Source: Nitrosopumilaceae archaeon (GTDB taxonomy: Archaea; Thermoproteota; Nitrososphaeria; Nitrososphaerales; Nitrosopumilaceae). From it: a stretch of 64,000 nucleotides of DNA. The notes under the pieces are model-generated. The model ran no database searches. It saw only the letters and a list, made by a program, of their open reading frames with translations, and had not been told where the DNA came from. The position numbers were made by a program, and so were the translations under genes. The stretch lies in the NCBI GenBank assembly GCA_965209085.1, contig OZ242376.1, forward strand, positions 1-64,000, in the 5' to 3' direction. Positions 8,786-17,650 of this stretch are shown here, one piece after another (the stretch's first letter is position 1; each line of letters starts with the position of its first letter).

Positions 8786-9084
8786 GATTTCACATATATT
8801 ATGGAACGAAATGAAAATACACATAATATGTTTTGTGATATGATATATGACAACAGTTAACATGTGGTAAACAAAAGTCTTTTTAGACGAGCGGAATGCA
8901 ATAAAATCTTACTCTTATACCAAAAACACTGTAATCGGTAATCCAAGATAAAATCGGAATGTTTCCATATAATATAAAAAAAGAAGTAGCCGTGGTAAGA
9001 CGATCACTACACTATCTTCTTTTAGGTTAGGCGTATGATTGTTTTCTAACCGAATTATATTGTATAATATATTATTAAAACCTT

Positions 9085-9168
9085 GCAGTGATCGCCTAGC
9101 ATGGTAGGGCAGCTATCTTAAGAATAGCCGTGGTAAGACATTCGTGGGTTCAAATCCCATCCACTGCG
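9085..9168 (+). tRNA. tRNA with UAA (Leu) anticodon and Ser-like body; possibly a pseudo-tRNA
   Basis: GCAGTGA/CCACTGC acceptor with A7-C66 mismatch; GCTAT-CT TAA GA-ATAGC; long variable arm; GGTTCAAATCC; G73. Confidence 0.7.
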
Positions 9169-9288
9169 CTATAATTGACGCAGTATAGCGCCGATCAAAA
9201 GTTCATGAGTATTTTTGGAGATTTTCTAAATATATAATCCGCAATCTCCAGATTGAATTTTACGGTCCTTAAATATTCGGATACCACC

Positions 9289-9317
9289 TGCTAGTAAATT
9301 CAAAGTTATAGAGTAAT
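9289..9317 (+). repeat. Second copy of the antitoxin 3' end (direct repeat of 6818-6846)
   Basis: 27/29 identity with an exact 22-mer AGTAAATTCAAAGTTATAGAGT. Confidence 0.75.
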
Positions 9318-9357
9318 TGCTGATTTAGAGGGGATCGTTTTCACGTATTTTAAAATA

Positions 9358-10323
9358 CTAGGACCTGCAAACTAGCGGCTCTTCCAATCCCCTTATGATA
9401 TGCTCCAAATCCGCAGCTGTTGCAGCCTTTGATACAAGGGATCTTGTTTTAGAGGCATTGTGCATTCCACGTGTAAGCCTCATTGTTATGGTCTTTATTC
9501 GTACAAGTCCGATGTTGTATTCTTTTGCATACTGGATATACTGCAGCAGAGCGCCTATCCTATCTTGTACGGTGGATTTTGAATATTTTCCAGTTTTCAG
9601 ATACTCGTTTATCTGTCCGAATAGGAACGGGTTTGATGCAGCACCTCGGCCTATCATTACATAATCGCATCCGGTACTGTCCATCATGTTTTTTGCATCC
9701 TCTGGTGTGAGAATATCGCCGTTGCCTATTACCGGAATTTTTACCGCACGTTTTAGATCTCCAATAAGCTTCCAGTCAGCCTTGCCTGAATATCCCTGGC
9801 TTACGGTTCTAGGATGCAAAGTTATCATTTTAATTCCCTCATCCTGTGCTATTTTGGCAATATCTAAAAATAATCTGCGGCTTTCCTGTGTAACACCTGC
9901 ACGCATCTTTAATGTTACAGGAATATTCACCGAATCAACCAAAGTCCGCAGTATATTTCGTGTCAGATTCTCCTCTTGCAACAGGGCACCTCCTGCCATC
10001 TGTTGTGTAATGTGAGGTGCAGGGCACCCCATGTTGTAATCTATGAGATCAAAATGCGGCTCTACTGTCTTGGCAGCTTTTGCCAGCGCATCAATATCGG
10101 AGCCAAACAGCTGTATGGAAAGCGGACGCTCCTGTTCAGAGAATTGTAAAAATTCCTGCAGGCGTTTTTTTGCCGACTGGGCTATGATGCTGTGTATGCT
10201 GGTAAGCTCTGTTGCAACAAGGGCAGCACCCATCTGCTTGCAAAGTAGCCGCATGGCAGGATCCGTAATGCCGGCCATCGGGGCAAGAAACGCTTTGCCG
10301 GAGAAATTTGGAAGTTTTGACAC
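9358..10323 (-). CDS. dusB: tRNA-dihydrouridine synthase (DusB-like)
   Basis: LAPMAG, QLFG, NMGCP, IGNGDI, VMIGRGA. Confidence 0.92.
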   Translation of the reverse strand: MSKLPNFSGKAFLAPMAGITDPAMRLLCKQMGAALVATELTSIHSIIAQSAKKRLQEFLQFSEQERPLSIQLFGSDIDALAKAAKTVEPHFDLIDYNMGCPAPHITQQMAGGALLQEENLTRNILRTLVDSVNIPVTLKMRAGVTQESRRLFLDIAKIAQDEGIKMITLHPRTVSQGYSGKADWKLIGDLKRAVKIPVIGNGDILTPEDAKNMMDSTGCDYVMIGRGAASNPFLFGQINEYLKTGKYSKSTVQDRIGALLQYIQYAKEYNIGLVRIKTITMRLTRGMHNASKTRSLVSKAATAADLEHIIRGLEEPLVCRS

Positions 10324-10374
10324 GAATATGAGATATTATCAAGACATAAATAAAAGAATCTAATTCTGCTAGTA

Positions 10375-10656
10375 ATGACTGCAAATACGCTTCATAATGC
10401 ATTGATCCTGATTCGTTGTACTAGAAACAGTCATAAAAATTGCAAACCAATTCGTAATGCATTATTAAATAATTTTAAAAATGTGTTGCATTCATACACC
10501 ACTAATTCTGAAATTGATGGTGTAAAATATTGTGTTGTCGGTAAAGCCATAGTAGAAAATTCAAAGGTAAAAAGTTTTGAAAAGAAACTTGAAAAATTAC
10601 ATACTAAATCGGGAAAAATTAGAATAGATAAATTAGCAATATATACAAGTAATTGA
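10375..10656 (+). CDS. Hypothetical protein, possibly Lrp/AsnC ligand-binding-like fold
   Basis: 93-aa ORF; ALILIRC..GVKYCVVGKAIV pattern. Confidence 0.5.
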   Translation: MTANTLHNALILIRCTRNSHKNCKPIRNALLNNFKNVLHSYTTNSEIDGVKYCVVGKAIVENSKVKSFEKKLEKLHTKSGKIRIDKLAIYTSN

Positions 10657-10707
10657 CGGTGTTATAATTGAAAACAAGTAAAAATAATCAAAATAAAGTT
10701 ATTAGAC

Positions 10708-10777
10708 CATATACATAATCATTCAAATCAGTTATTTTAGATCATAAAAATTGTGAATTTGGCCCATTATGCATTAG
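10708..10777 (-). repeat. Degenerate copy of the 70-bp MITE-like element
   Basis: Colinear reverse complement of 18091-18160 (about 80% identity by eye). Confidence 0.75.
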
Positions 10778-12134
10778 ATTCAGTTTGATTATGTTTTAGC
10801 ATGGAAATAATTTCATTATAAAGTGATTTCAATTTAGAATCACTGCGAAATTTTTCATTTTCCAAAAATACAGAAAGATCTCGTAAGATATGTCCATCAT
10901 TTTTTTCTATCAAATATTTTATACATTTTAAAACAGTTTCCGGGTATTCATCTATGTATTTTTCTAAACTCATTAATGTTGACACATCCATTGTAAATTT
11001 TTTATTGGTATTTTTTAAATAATCTAAAAGTAGATCAAGTGATTTACTTTTATCATATATGTTATCAAACCAAAGTTCACTTGTGCCATATTTTCTTATG
11101 TTATTATTTTTCCATAATTTTTCTACATTATCTTCAAATTTATGGGTGTTAGAATTTTGTTTTAAAACATTCATTACAAAATAACACACATGTTTAATTG
11201 ATTTTGGATCTGCATTAATGATGAATTTATCAAATATATGAACGCAGGATTCTATGGAATACAAATATCCTAATACAATATGTTCTAAAGTTTTTGTATA
11301 GATTCTTTTATCGTGAAGATTATTTAAAATATCACCATTAAGAAATTCATCATACATTTTAGTCATATTGTTAACACTGTCATGAAGTAAATTATTCAAA
11401 ATATATGAATCCCAAAAAGCAATACAGAATTTATTATTTTGAAAAATTATTTCAGTAATTTTGGATGACAAATTATCATCATATTTACGTAGTAAATTTA
11501 TATAAAATCCCAATACTGCATGTCTAGATACAGTATGATTATTTCCAAATATGTATTTAGTTATAATTGATTTCACATTTTTATTAAAAAAATCATTATT
11601 ATTATAAAATTGATTGTTCCATTGCAGATATTCAAATAATATATGAAATGATAATCCATTCACACTATTTATTGATGTTGTAAACGAATTTAAATTATCA
11701 TGAGAGACATGTTTCGTATCACAAATATTTTCAAAGTTAATTAATTTTTTTATAAGATCCCATAATTCAACACTAGATGTTTTATTAATTTGATTTTTGA
11801 TTAAACCAATTTTTACAACTCTACACACTTCAACAATTGAATTGGATAAATGATCATTAATATCACATAGCCGATCAAAAAACTTAATTAGATCATTATC
11901 AATAATTAATTTATTATTATTGATTGCATTTTCTAGAGATAGTAAAAATTCACGTTGTGTTTCAACATTTGCATCTAAAAATAACAGTGAATGTTTGGAA
12001 CATTCTTGGGAATTCATTTCAACATAATTTTTAAAAAATGTGAGTGATTCATCATAATCAGAATTATTTGGTATGTGATTTTTAATGTCATTGATGACAG
12101 ATAACGCATCATTACTACTAAGCATATATAACAA
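10767..12134 (-). CDS. AT-rich helical protein, likely the C-terminal part of a broken large defence-like gene
   Basis: 455 aa, very low GC; TSINSVNGLSFHIL and SRHAVLG motifs; TTG start after a decayed linker. Confidence 0.55.
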   Translation of the reverse strand: MLYMLSSNDALSVINDIKNHIPNNSDYDESLTFFKNYVEMNSQECSKHSLLFLDANVETQREFLLSLENAINNNKLIIDNDLIKFFDRLCDINDHLSNSIVEVCRVVKIGLIKNQINKTSSVELWDLIKKLINFENICDTKHVSHDNLNSFTTSINSVNGLSFHILFEYLQWNNQFYNNNDFFNKNVKSIITKYIFGNNHTVSRHAVLGFYINLLRKYDDNLSSKITEIIFQNNKFCIAFWDSYILNNLLHDSVNNMTKMYDEFLNGDILNNLHDKRIYTKTLEHIVLGYLYSIESCVHIFDKFIINADPKSIKHVCYFVMNVLKQNSNTHKFEDNVEKLWKNNNIRKYGTSELWFDNIYDKSKSLDLLLDYLKNTNKKFTMDVSTLMSLEKYIDEYPETVLKCIKYLIEKNDGHILRDLSVFLENEKFRSDSKLKSLYNEIISMLKHNQTESNA

Positions 12135-12209
12135 TACATAATCAATTATTTAAATTATTCTTAGATCAGACAGATATTATCCAACAGATATGACTATTTT
12201 TAACAATTT

Positions 12210-12971
12210 CTATATGTATCCTTTAGGTATGACTATACTGTGTAATAAATTTCTGATGTAACATAATAAATTGTGAGCATTATCCTGATCTAAAAGTTTA
12301 TTATGATGTACATATTGATTTAAACAGACTTGTGCATGGGTTAGTTGGGTAAATTTTTTCATATATTCATCAATTTCGTAATTAGGTTGTATAACGTCTT
12401 TATAGTGATTAACTCTCTTTTGAACTGACATTGGTTTTAGCCTATGAGTGTCAGGTAAATTATATTTAGATAACAGATCTAGTACTTCACGTAATGAATA
12501 TGCAAATTGGGAAAGTCTGTCAGGATATTCATCATGGTCAAGTGCATGAACTGCTCCCAAATATGCATTTTTTATTTCAGGAGAATATTGATTTAATTGT
12601 TGTATGAGAACATCATGTATATAATTTACTTTAGAAAAATAATCGCAGTAATAATGTTGTAATTTTTGGCAGCCCATAAGAATTTTCTCATATTCATAAT
12701 TTTTTTCTAATATTAAAATTTTAAATGTGAATAAATGATTTATTATATAACTATCATTATGACTTGAAGTATATTCGTAATTACCAAGTGGTAGAAAGAA
12801 TACCTCATAATCAAATTTATTATATTGTTTCTTTAATTCAGCTTCATCAAAATTATTATCATATGGATAAGAAACCCAGCTTTTTGTATCTGGAATACTA
12901 GATAAATGATCATGTTGTAATAACCAATCTGGCTTGTCGATATGATCGTTTTTGTAAAGTTCAGAAACCAT
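12210..12971 (-). CDS. HEPN-like/pPIWI-associated-nuclease-like N-terminal part of the same broken gene
   Basis: YLGAVHAL..YPDRLSQFAYSLREVLD..LNQYVHH motifs. Confidence 0.5.
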   Translation of the reverse strand: MVSELYKNDHIDKPDWLLQHDHLSSIPDTKSWVSYPYDNNFDEAELKKQYNKFDYEVFFLPLGNYEYTSSHNDSYIINHLFTFKILILEKNYEYEKILMGCQKLQHYYCDYFSKVNYIHDVLIQQLNQYSPEIKNAYLGAVHALDHDEYPDRLSQFAYSLREVLDLLSKYNLPDTHRLKPMSVQKRVNHYKDVIQPNYEIDEYMKKFTQLTHAQVCLNQYVHHNKLLDQDNAHNLLCYIRNLLHSIVIPKGYI

Positions 12972-13109
12972 ATACTATATATCGTATAATTCTATTTAAA
13001 TCTAACACAATTCAACTATTGTTAAATTGTAAATAATTTTACTATCAGATATATCACAAGTACTTGTTGTACAATTATTTGCTATATTGATCATAAAATC
13101 AAGTCAGCA

Positions 13110-13295
13110 CAAACGCGGCAGAGAGTACAATGGGATCAACTAATCTAGAAAACATCGAGTTGGCCACAGGAATACATATCACTTGCAACATCATGCACCA
13201 CACGTCGATAGACGAAGATCTGATCTCAAGGCAATTAATAAAGAGCAGAAAGCGTAAATGGGTTAGATATGGGCACATATATTCAAATTCCATGA
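13110..13295 (+). pseudogene. IS481-family transposase internal fragment
   Basis: GSTNLE..TGIHI..N..HH and KSRKRKWVRYGHIYSNSM resemble the RRKWVRYERxHSNSxWH region of archaeal IS481 transposases. Confidence 0.6.
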
Positions 13296-13374
13296 GGAGA
13301 AAAACTATTTTGAGATATCACAATCAATCACGACAATGCGAATCATTTAATAAAATAACAATAGAGGAATCACC

Positions 13375-14400
13375 ATGAGCTGTTCAGGCGAGATTGTGGT
13401 AGAAAACGATCTGCTCCAGATAAAACCTGCTGTTGCAAAACAGCTAAAAAAAGCAAAATACGGAATTGCGGACCATTCAACCGTAGAGCTCTGCCACTGG
13501 ACGAAAAAATCATTCAGAGGTGAGGGAAACTGCTACAAGCACAAGTTTTACGGAATATCAACGCACCAGTGCATGGAGTTTTCACCGGCTGGAATGTACT
13601 GCCAGAACAGATGCGTCTACTGCTGGAGACCGATGGAATTTTACGAGTCAATGGAGATGGATATAAACAAAGTTGCAGAACCGGAAGACATTCTGACAAA
13701 GCTTCTAGCAGAACGCAGGGGACTTATCATGGGCCATTACGGCAATCCAAAGACTGACAAACAGATACTGGATGAATCCCTGCTGCCAAGCCACTATTCA
13801 ATTTCCCTCTCCGGTGAGCCCACAATGTATCCAAAATTGCCAGAGCTGATACGCTATCTAAAATCCCTAAAGCAGACAAAGTCCATCTTTCTGGTTACGA
13901 ACGGACAGGAACCGGACATGATTAAAAAAATGGCAGATGAGGATGCGCTTCCAACACAACTGTACCTTTCTACAAATGCGGCAGATTCAAAATCATTCAT
14001 CAAAATAAACCGTCCAAAATACAAAGATTCCTGGGAACGCTGGAATAAAACGCTTGGAATACTAAAAGATTTGGATACAAGGACGGTTCTAAGAATTACG
14101 GTTATACGCGATCACAACAATGATCAGGCAAGCATCGATGAATTTGCCAGGATGATAGACAGATCACAGGTGCACTTTATAGAGATAAAATCATACATGC
14201 ACATAGGATATTCAACCAACAGACTGGAGAGGGATCACATGCTGGAGACAGAAGAGATAAGGGGTATTTCAAAACGGATGGAGGATAAATCCTACAGTTT
14301 CAAAATAATGGACGAGAGTGATATCTCACGCATCGTTGTGCTGGAAAACCAAAAGAGGCACATTGACAGGTTTATCGCATCTTACGCGCAAACCAGCTAG
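13375..14400 (+). CDS. taw1: 4-demethylwyosine synthase TYW1 (radical SAM)
   Basis: CHWTK, CYKHKFYGI, CQNRCVYC, SLSGEPT. Confidence 0.93.
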   Translation: MSCSGEIVVENDLLQIKPAVAKQLKKAKYGIADHSTVELCHWTKKSFRGEGNCYKHKFYGISTHQCMEFSPAGMYCQNRCVYCWRPMEFYESMEMDINKVAEPEDILTKLLAERRGLIMGHYGNPKTDKQILDESLLPSHYSISLSGEPTMYPKLPELIRYLKSLKQTKSIFLVTNGQEPDMIKKMADEDALPTQLYLSTNAADSKSFIKINRPKYKDSWERWNKTLGILKDLDTRTVLRITVIRDHNNDQASIDEFARMIDRSQVHFIEIKSYMHIGYSTNRLERDHMLETEEIRGISKRMEDKSYSFKIMDESDISRIVVLENQKRHIDRFIASYAQTS

Positions 14401-14944
14401 CAAATCCTTCAAGTGACATGCGTCTGTGCGATATCTGATTTTTATCCACAATCTGACCGTACGTTTTGCTGTATCCTTTGGGAATGAATATCGGATCATA
14501 CCCCCATCCTTTTCCGACAGATTTGAGGGCAATTTTTCCATCCACTATAGCAGAGAACAGCTTTGGATTACCGCCTGAACTGTACGCTACAACTGAACGA
14601 AACGATGCCTTTCTTTTCGAGCCCAAAAGATGCAATATTCCAGAATTTCCAATAGTTGAGAGAACATAAGATGAATACAGTCCTGGAAATCCCTCAAGCG
14701 AGTCTATAAACAATCCGGCATCCTCTACAATGACTGGATTTTTGGCAAGCTTTGCAGCCTGTCGTGCTTTATCAGATGCAACCTCTTCGAGGGTATCGGA
14801 TTGAATCTCTACTGGTGTAAATTTGAAAAAACCCGCACGTATTCCGTATTCTTGCAGTATCGGTTTTACCTCGGCGTATTTGTTTTTGTTTGATGAGGCA
14901 AATAAAATATCATACGACCGTTGCATACCTTCCCCTGCCTTCAA
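14372..14944 (-). CDS. rdgB: Non-canonical purine NTP pyrophosphatase (HAM1/RdgB)
   Basis: SSNKNK, EDAGL, GWGYDPIF, KNQISHR. Confidence 0.92.
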   Translation of the reverse strand: MKAGEGMQRSYDILFASSNKNKYAEVKPILQEYGIRAGFFKFTPVEIQSDTLEEVASDKARQAAKLAKNPVIVEDAGLFIDSLEGFPGLYSSYVLSTIGNSGILHLLGSKRKASFRSVVAYSSGGNPKLFSAIVDGKIALKSVGKGWGYDPIFIPKGYSKTYGQIVDKNQISHRRMSLEGFASWFARKMR

Positions 14945-15533
14945 TTACTCTCACGCGTTCAAGTATCTTCTCGTATGTTTTCTTATTTGCAGTTGTTTTC
15001 TTGTATCCGGAAAGAAACGCCTTCCATGCAGATTCCAATCTTTTAGAGTGGGCACTTGAGAGTGCTTCTTTGAACAATCGCAGATCCACTGCCAAATCGT
15101 CTATTTTTATAGTTGATATTGACAGACCAAAATCAATTATATACATTCCTTTTTTTCCCAATAGAAAATTTGACGTTGTCAAATCCCCGTGCATTATTCC
15201 GTTTTTGTGCAGTATAGCAGACATGCTGCCAATCTTTTGGCATGCATTATCAAATTTAATTCCAAAGAGATCCCTCACCAAAGTGCCGCTTACATACTGG
15301 AGTATTATGGAGCATTCTTTTGTATCCATAAAATATACCAGCGGAGATCGCACCCCGCACGATCTTGCCCGGCTGATGCTCTGCGCCTCTTTTATCGTTC
15401 TGCTGCGCCGTATGCGTCCATCCAAATCCGCATTACGGTATGCCTTTGCCCTGCGGATTTTTAATACCGCATCCCTGCCAAGCCATTTCATCCTAAAGAT
15501 GTCCCCTTCGGCTCCTTTTTTTATCAGATTCAA
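14910..15533 (-). CDS. bud32: KEOPS complex kinase Bud32
   Basis: GAEG, HGDLTTSN, IDFGLS, DLAVDL, RGRY. Confidence 0.92.
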   Translation of the reverse strand: MNLIKKGAEGDIFRMKWLGRDAVLKIRRAKAYRNADLDGRIRRSRTIKEAQSISRARSCGVRSPLVYFMDTKECSIILQYVSGTLVRDLFGIKFDNACQKIGSMSAILHKNGIMHGDLTTSNFLLGKKGMYIIDFGLSISTIKIDDLAVDLRLFKEALSSAHSKRLESAWKAFLSGYKKTTANKKTYEKILERVRVIEGRGRYATVV

Positions 15534-15588
15534 CTGCGTGCATTCGCATACATGATAATTTTATAGTTGGCGTTACGTACGCTTTCAT

Positions 15589-16422
15589 GTGTTCTCAAAA
15601 CAGTCGTATAGGAAACAGATTGTACACACGTGGAATGAAATTGCCCCAAGATACCACCGGCGTGTAAAGGCGGGAGGTCCAGGACCGTTTGAGAGCACTG
15701 AAAAGATGCTATCCATGAGCGGGATATCAAAAGGCTGGCGCATTTTGGATGTTGCATGTGGTACGGGAGCAGTCTCCCGGCAGTTATCAAAGCATATCGG
15801 AAGAGGAGGCTTTGTGGTAGGAGCTGATGCCTCGCATAAGGCCCTTCTTTTGGCTGAAAAATACGTACGCAATTCCAATTTTCATCCCATCATATGCGAT
15901 GCAGAAAACATGAAATTCTCCGGTATACGGTTTGATGCTGCAACGTGTCAGTTTGGCCTGTTTTTTTTCGCAAACGCGCAAAAAGCATTAAAAAATATCA
16001 GAAAATCGCTAAAACCCGGAGGGATTTTGGCAATGGCGGTGCACGGACGCAATACTCCATTTTACAGTTCTATTTTGGATGCTGCTGCAAAATATATTCC
16101 AGAATACAAAGAACCGGGAGCTCCGGACATGACAAGGTTTAGCACCAGACATGCGTTATCAAAACAGGCAAAGGATGCAGGATTCATCAAAATACGTTCT
16201 GCTGAATTTACCTTTACATACAGTCCGGGAACATTTGAGCAGTACTGGAGGGGATATCTCTCGTATGCCCCAAAAGCCTCGCGTGAAAAAATCAACATGT
16301 TGGAACCTGTGCAGAAAAAAAGATTAAAGGAGCAAATTAGGAAAAATGTCCTGCCCTATACGGACAAAAATGTGATAAAATTTCCATGGCAGATTGTCAT
16401 TGCAACGGCAAAAAATCCCTAG
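15589..16422 (+). CDS. UbiE-like SAM methyltransferase
   Basis: LDVACGTG, LKPGG. Confidence 0.88.
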   Translation: MFSKQSYRKQIVHTWNEIAPRYHRRVKAGGPGPFESTEKMLSMSGISKGWRILDVACGTGAVSRQLSKHIGRGGFVVGADASHKALLLAEKYVRNSNFHPIICDAENMKFSGIRFDAATCQFGLFFFANAQKALKNIRKSLKPGGILAMAVHGRNTPFYSSILDAAAKYIPEYKEPGAPDMTRFSTRHALSKQAKDAGFIKIRSAEFTFTYSPGTFEQYWRGYLSYAPKASREKINMLEPVQKKRLKEQIRKNVLPYTDKNVIKFPWQIVIATAKNP

Positions 16423-17501
16423 ACTGTGACCAGTTTTTTTGTAAACTTGTGCATTACCGGCGATGGTGCCCCCACTATGAGCGAATCCTCTATGCGTATT
16501 CCAAATTTTCCCGGCACGTATATTCCCGGTTCCACCGTAATTGCCATGTTTTTTTCAAGTTTTGTATCAGAGCCGGCAGATACTGCCGGTGCCTCGTGCA
16601 CATCCAATCCTATGCCGTGTCCGGTTGAATGTATGAACAGTTTTCCATAGCCTGTTTTGATGATGTATTTTCTGCACGCATCATCTATAGTACTGCATAA
16701 AACACCCGGTTTTACAGCCTTTAATCCAAGGTGCTGTGATTCGTATACTGCATCATATGCTTTTTGTGCCGCTGCGGGAATTTTACCAATTCCAAACATC
16801 CTAGTTGCATCCGATACGTATCCCTTGTACCGCAGGGTCAGATCGACCACCACAAGATCGCCGGTCTTGAATTTTCTACCAGTTACCTGTGCATGCGGCA
16901 GTGCACCGTTTGGCCCTCCCGCTATTATCAGCGGATTTAGGGTAGAGGCGTATCCGGTATCAAACATTCCCCTATCCATTGCATATCTCATCAGTATTGA
17001 CTGCAGCTGGGATTCTTTTTGCCCTTTTTTTATGGATTTTGCACACAGTGCAAACATGCCGTCAATTATCGATGATGCCTTACGGAGGGTTTTGATCTCT
17101 GAGGTATCTTTTATGATTCGGGATTTTGCAAACGGGGATGCATCGCGTTTTAGATTGCGGATCTTTTTTTGTAGCGTTGTTACGGTTGCATAATTTGTAC
17201 AGTCGGTGCACGGTTTTTTCCCTCGCAATGCGGATACAAGATCGGTTATCATCGATGAGCCACTTTCAGAGGAGAAAACCTTGCAATTGGCAGAGTCAGC
17301 TTTTGCCCTTGGCGCCTCCAATGCCGGAGCTATAATTTGAGCACCGGATGAATCCAGCACGCCGATTGCCTCCCCCCAGAATCCTGTCATATAGAAAAGA
17401 TTTTCAGGATCCAATGCCACTATGGTATTATACCCGGCTTTGTTTGCATATTTGAGCAGTTTTTTTTGTCTGTTTATCATATGTGATTGTGTATTTATCA
17501 C
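16419..17501 (-). CDS. M24 family Xaa-Pro peptidase
   Basis: YVSDATR, HSTGHGIGLDVHE, TVEPGIY, RIED. Confidence 0.92.
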   Translation of the reverse strand: MINTQSHMINRQKKLLKYANKAGYNTIVALDPENLFYMTGFWGEAIGVLDSSGAQIIAPALEAPRAKADSANCKVFSSESGSSMITDLVSALRGKKPCTDCTNYATVTTLQKKIRNLKRDASPFAKSRIIKDTSEIKTLRKASSIIDGMFALCAKSIKKGQKESQLQSILMRYAMDRGMFDTGYASTLNPLIIAGGPNGALPHAQVTGRKFKTGDLVVVDLTLRYKGYVSDATRMFGIGKIPAAAQKAYDAVYESQHLGLKAVKPGVLCSTIDDACRKYIIKTGYGKLFIHSTGHGIGLDVHEAPAVSAGSDTKLEKNMAITVEPGIYVPGKFGIRIEDSLIVGAPSPVMHKFTKKLVTV

Positions 17502-17650
17502 ACTATAATGAGTTTTTTGGGTCTTGCACGGTATAATTTCATTTTATTAAATGGTTTTACTGATTTCATGACCAGTTTCAAGTTTAAACTATTTTTAAAA
17601 TGAAACAAATTGATTAAATTAACCAAATGTAATTTTATACGTGATTACAA

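Larger units (their letters stand above)
6842..8860 (+). pseudogene. GNAT acetyltransferase toxin (TacT/AtaT-like), frameshifted and split by IS66
   Basis: FQCSDDDFTEYLK, IVGFITL, PALLISHLA; shifted frames give KKGIGS and IGCRLIIL..FYEKLDF; C-terminus TYIMERNENTHNMFCDMIYDNS* resumes after the IS. Confidence 0.8.

Noticed and set aside
8879-8889. Reverse-complement match to the CGTCTAAAAAG motif near the IS6 transposase
   Set aside because: Only 11 bp, AT-rich and 8 kb away; cannot be claimed as an element end
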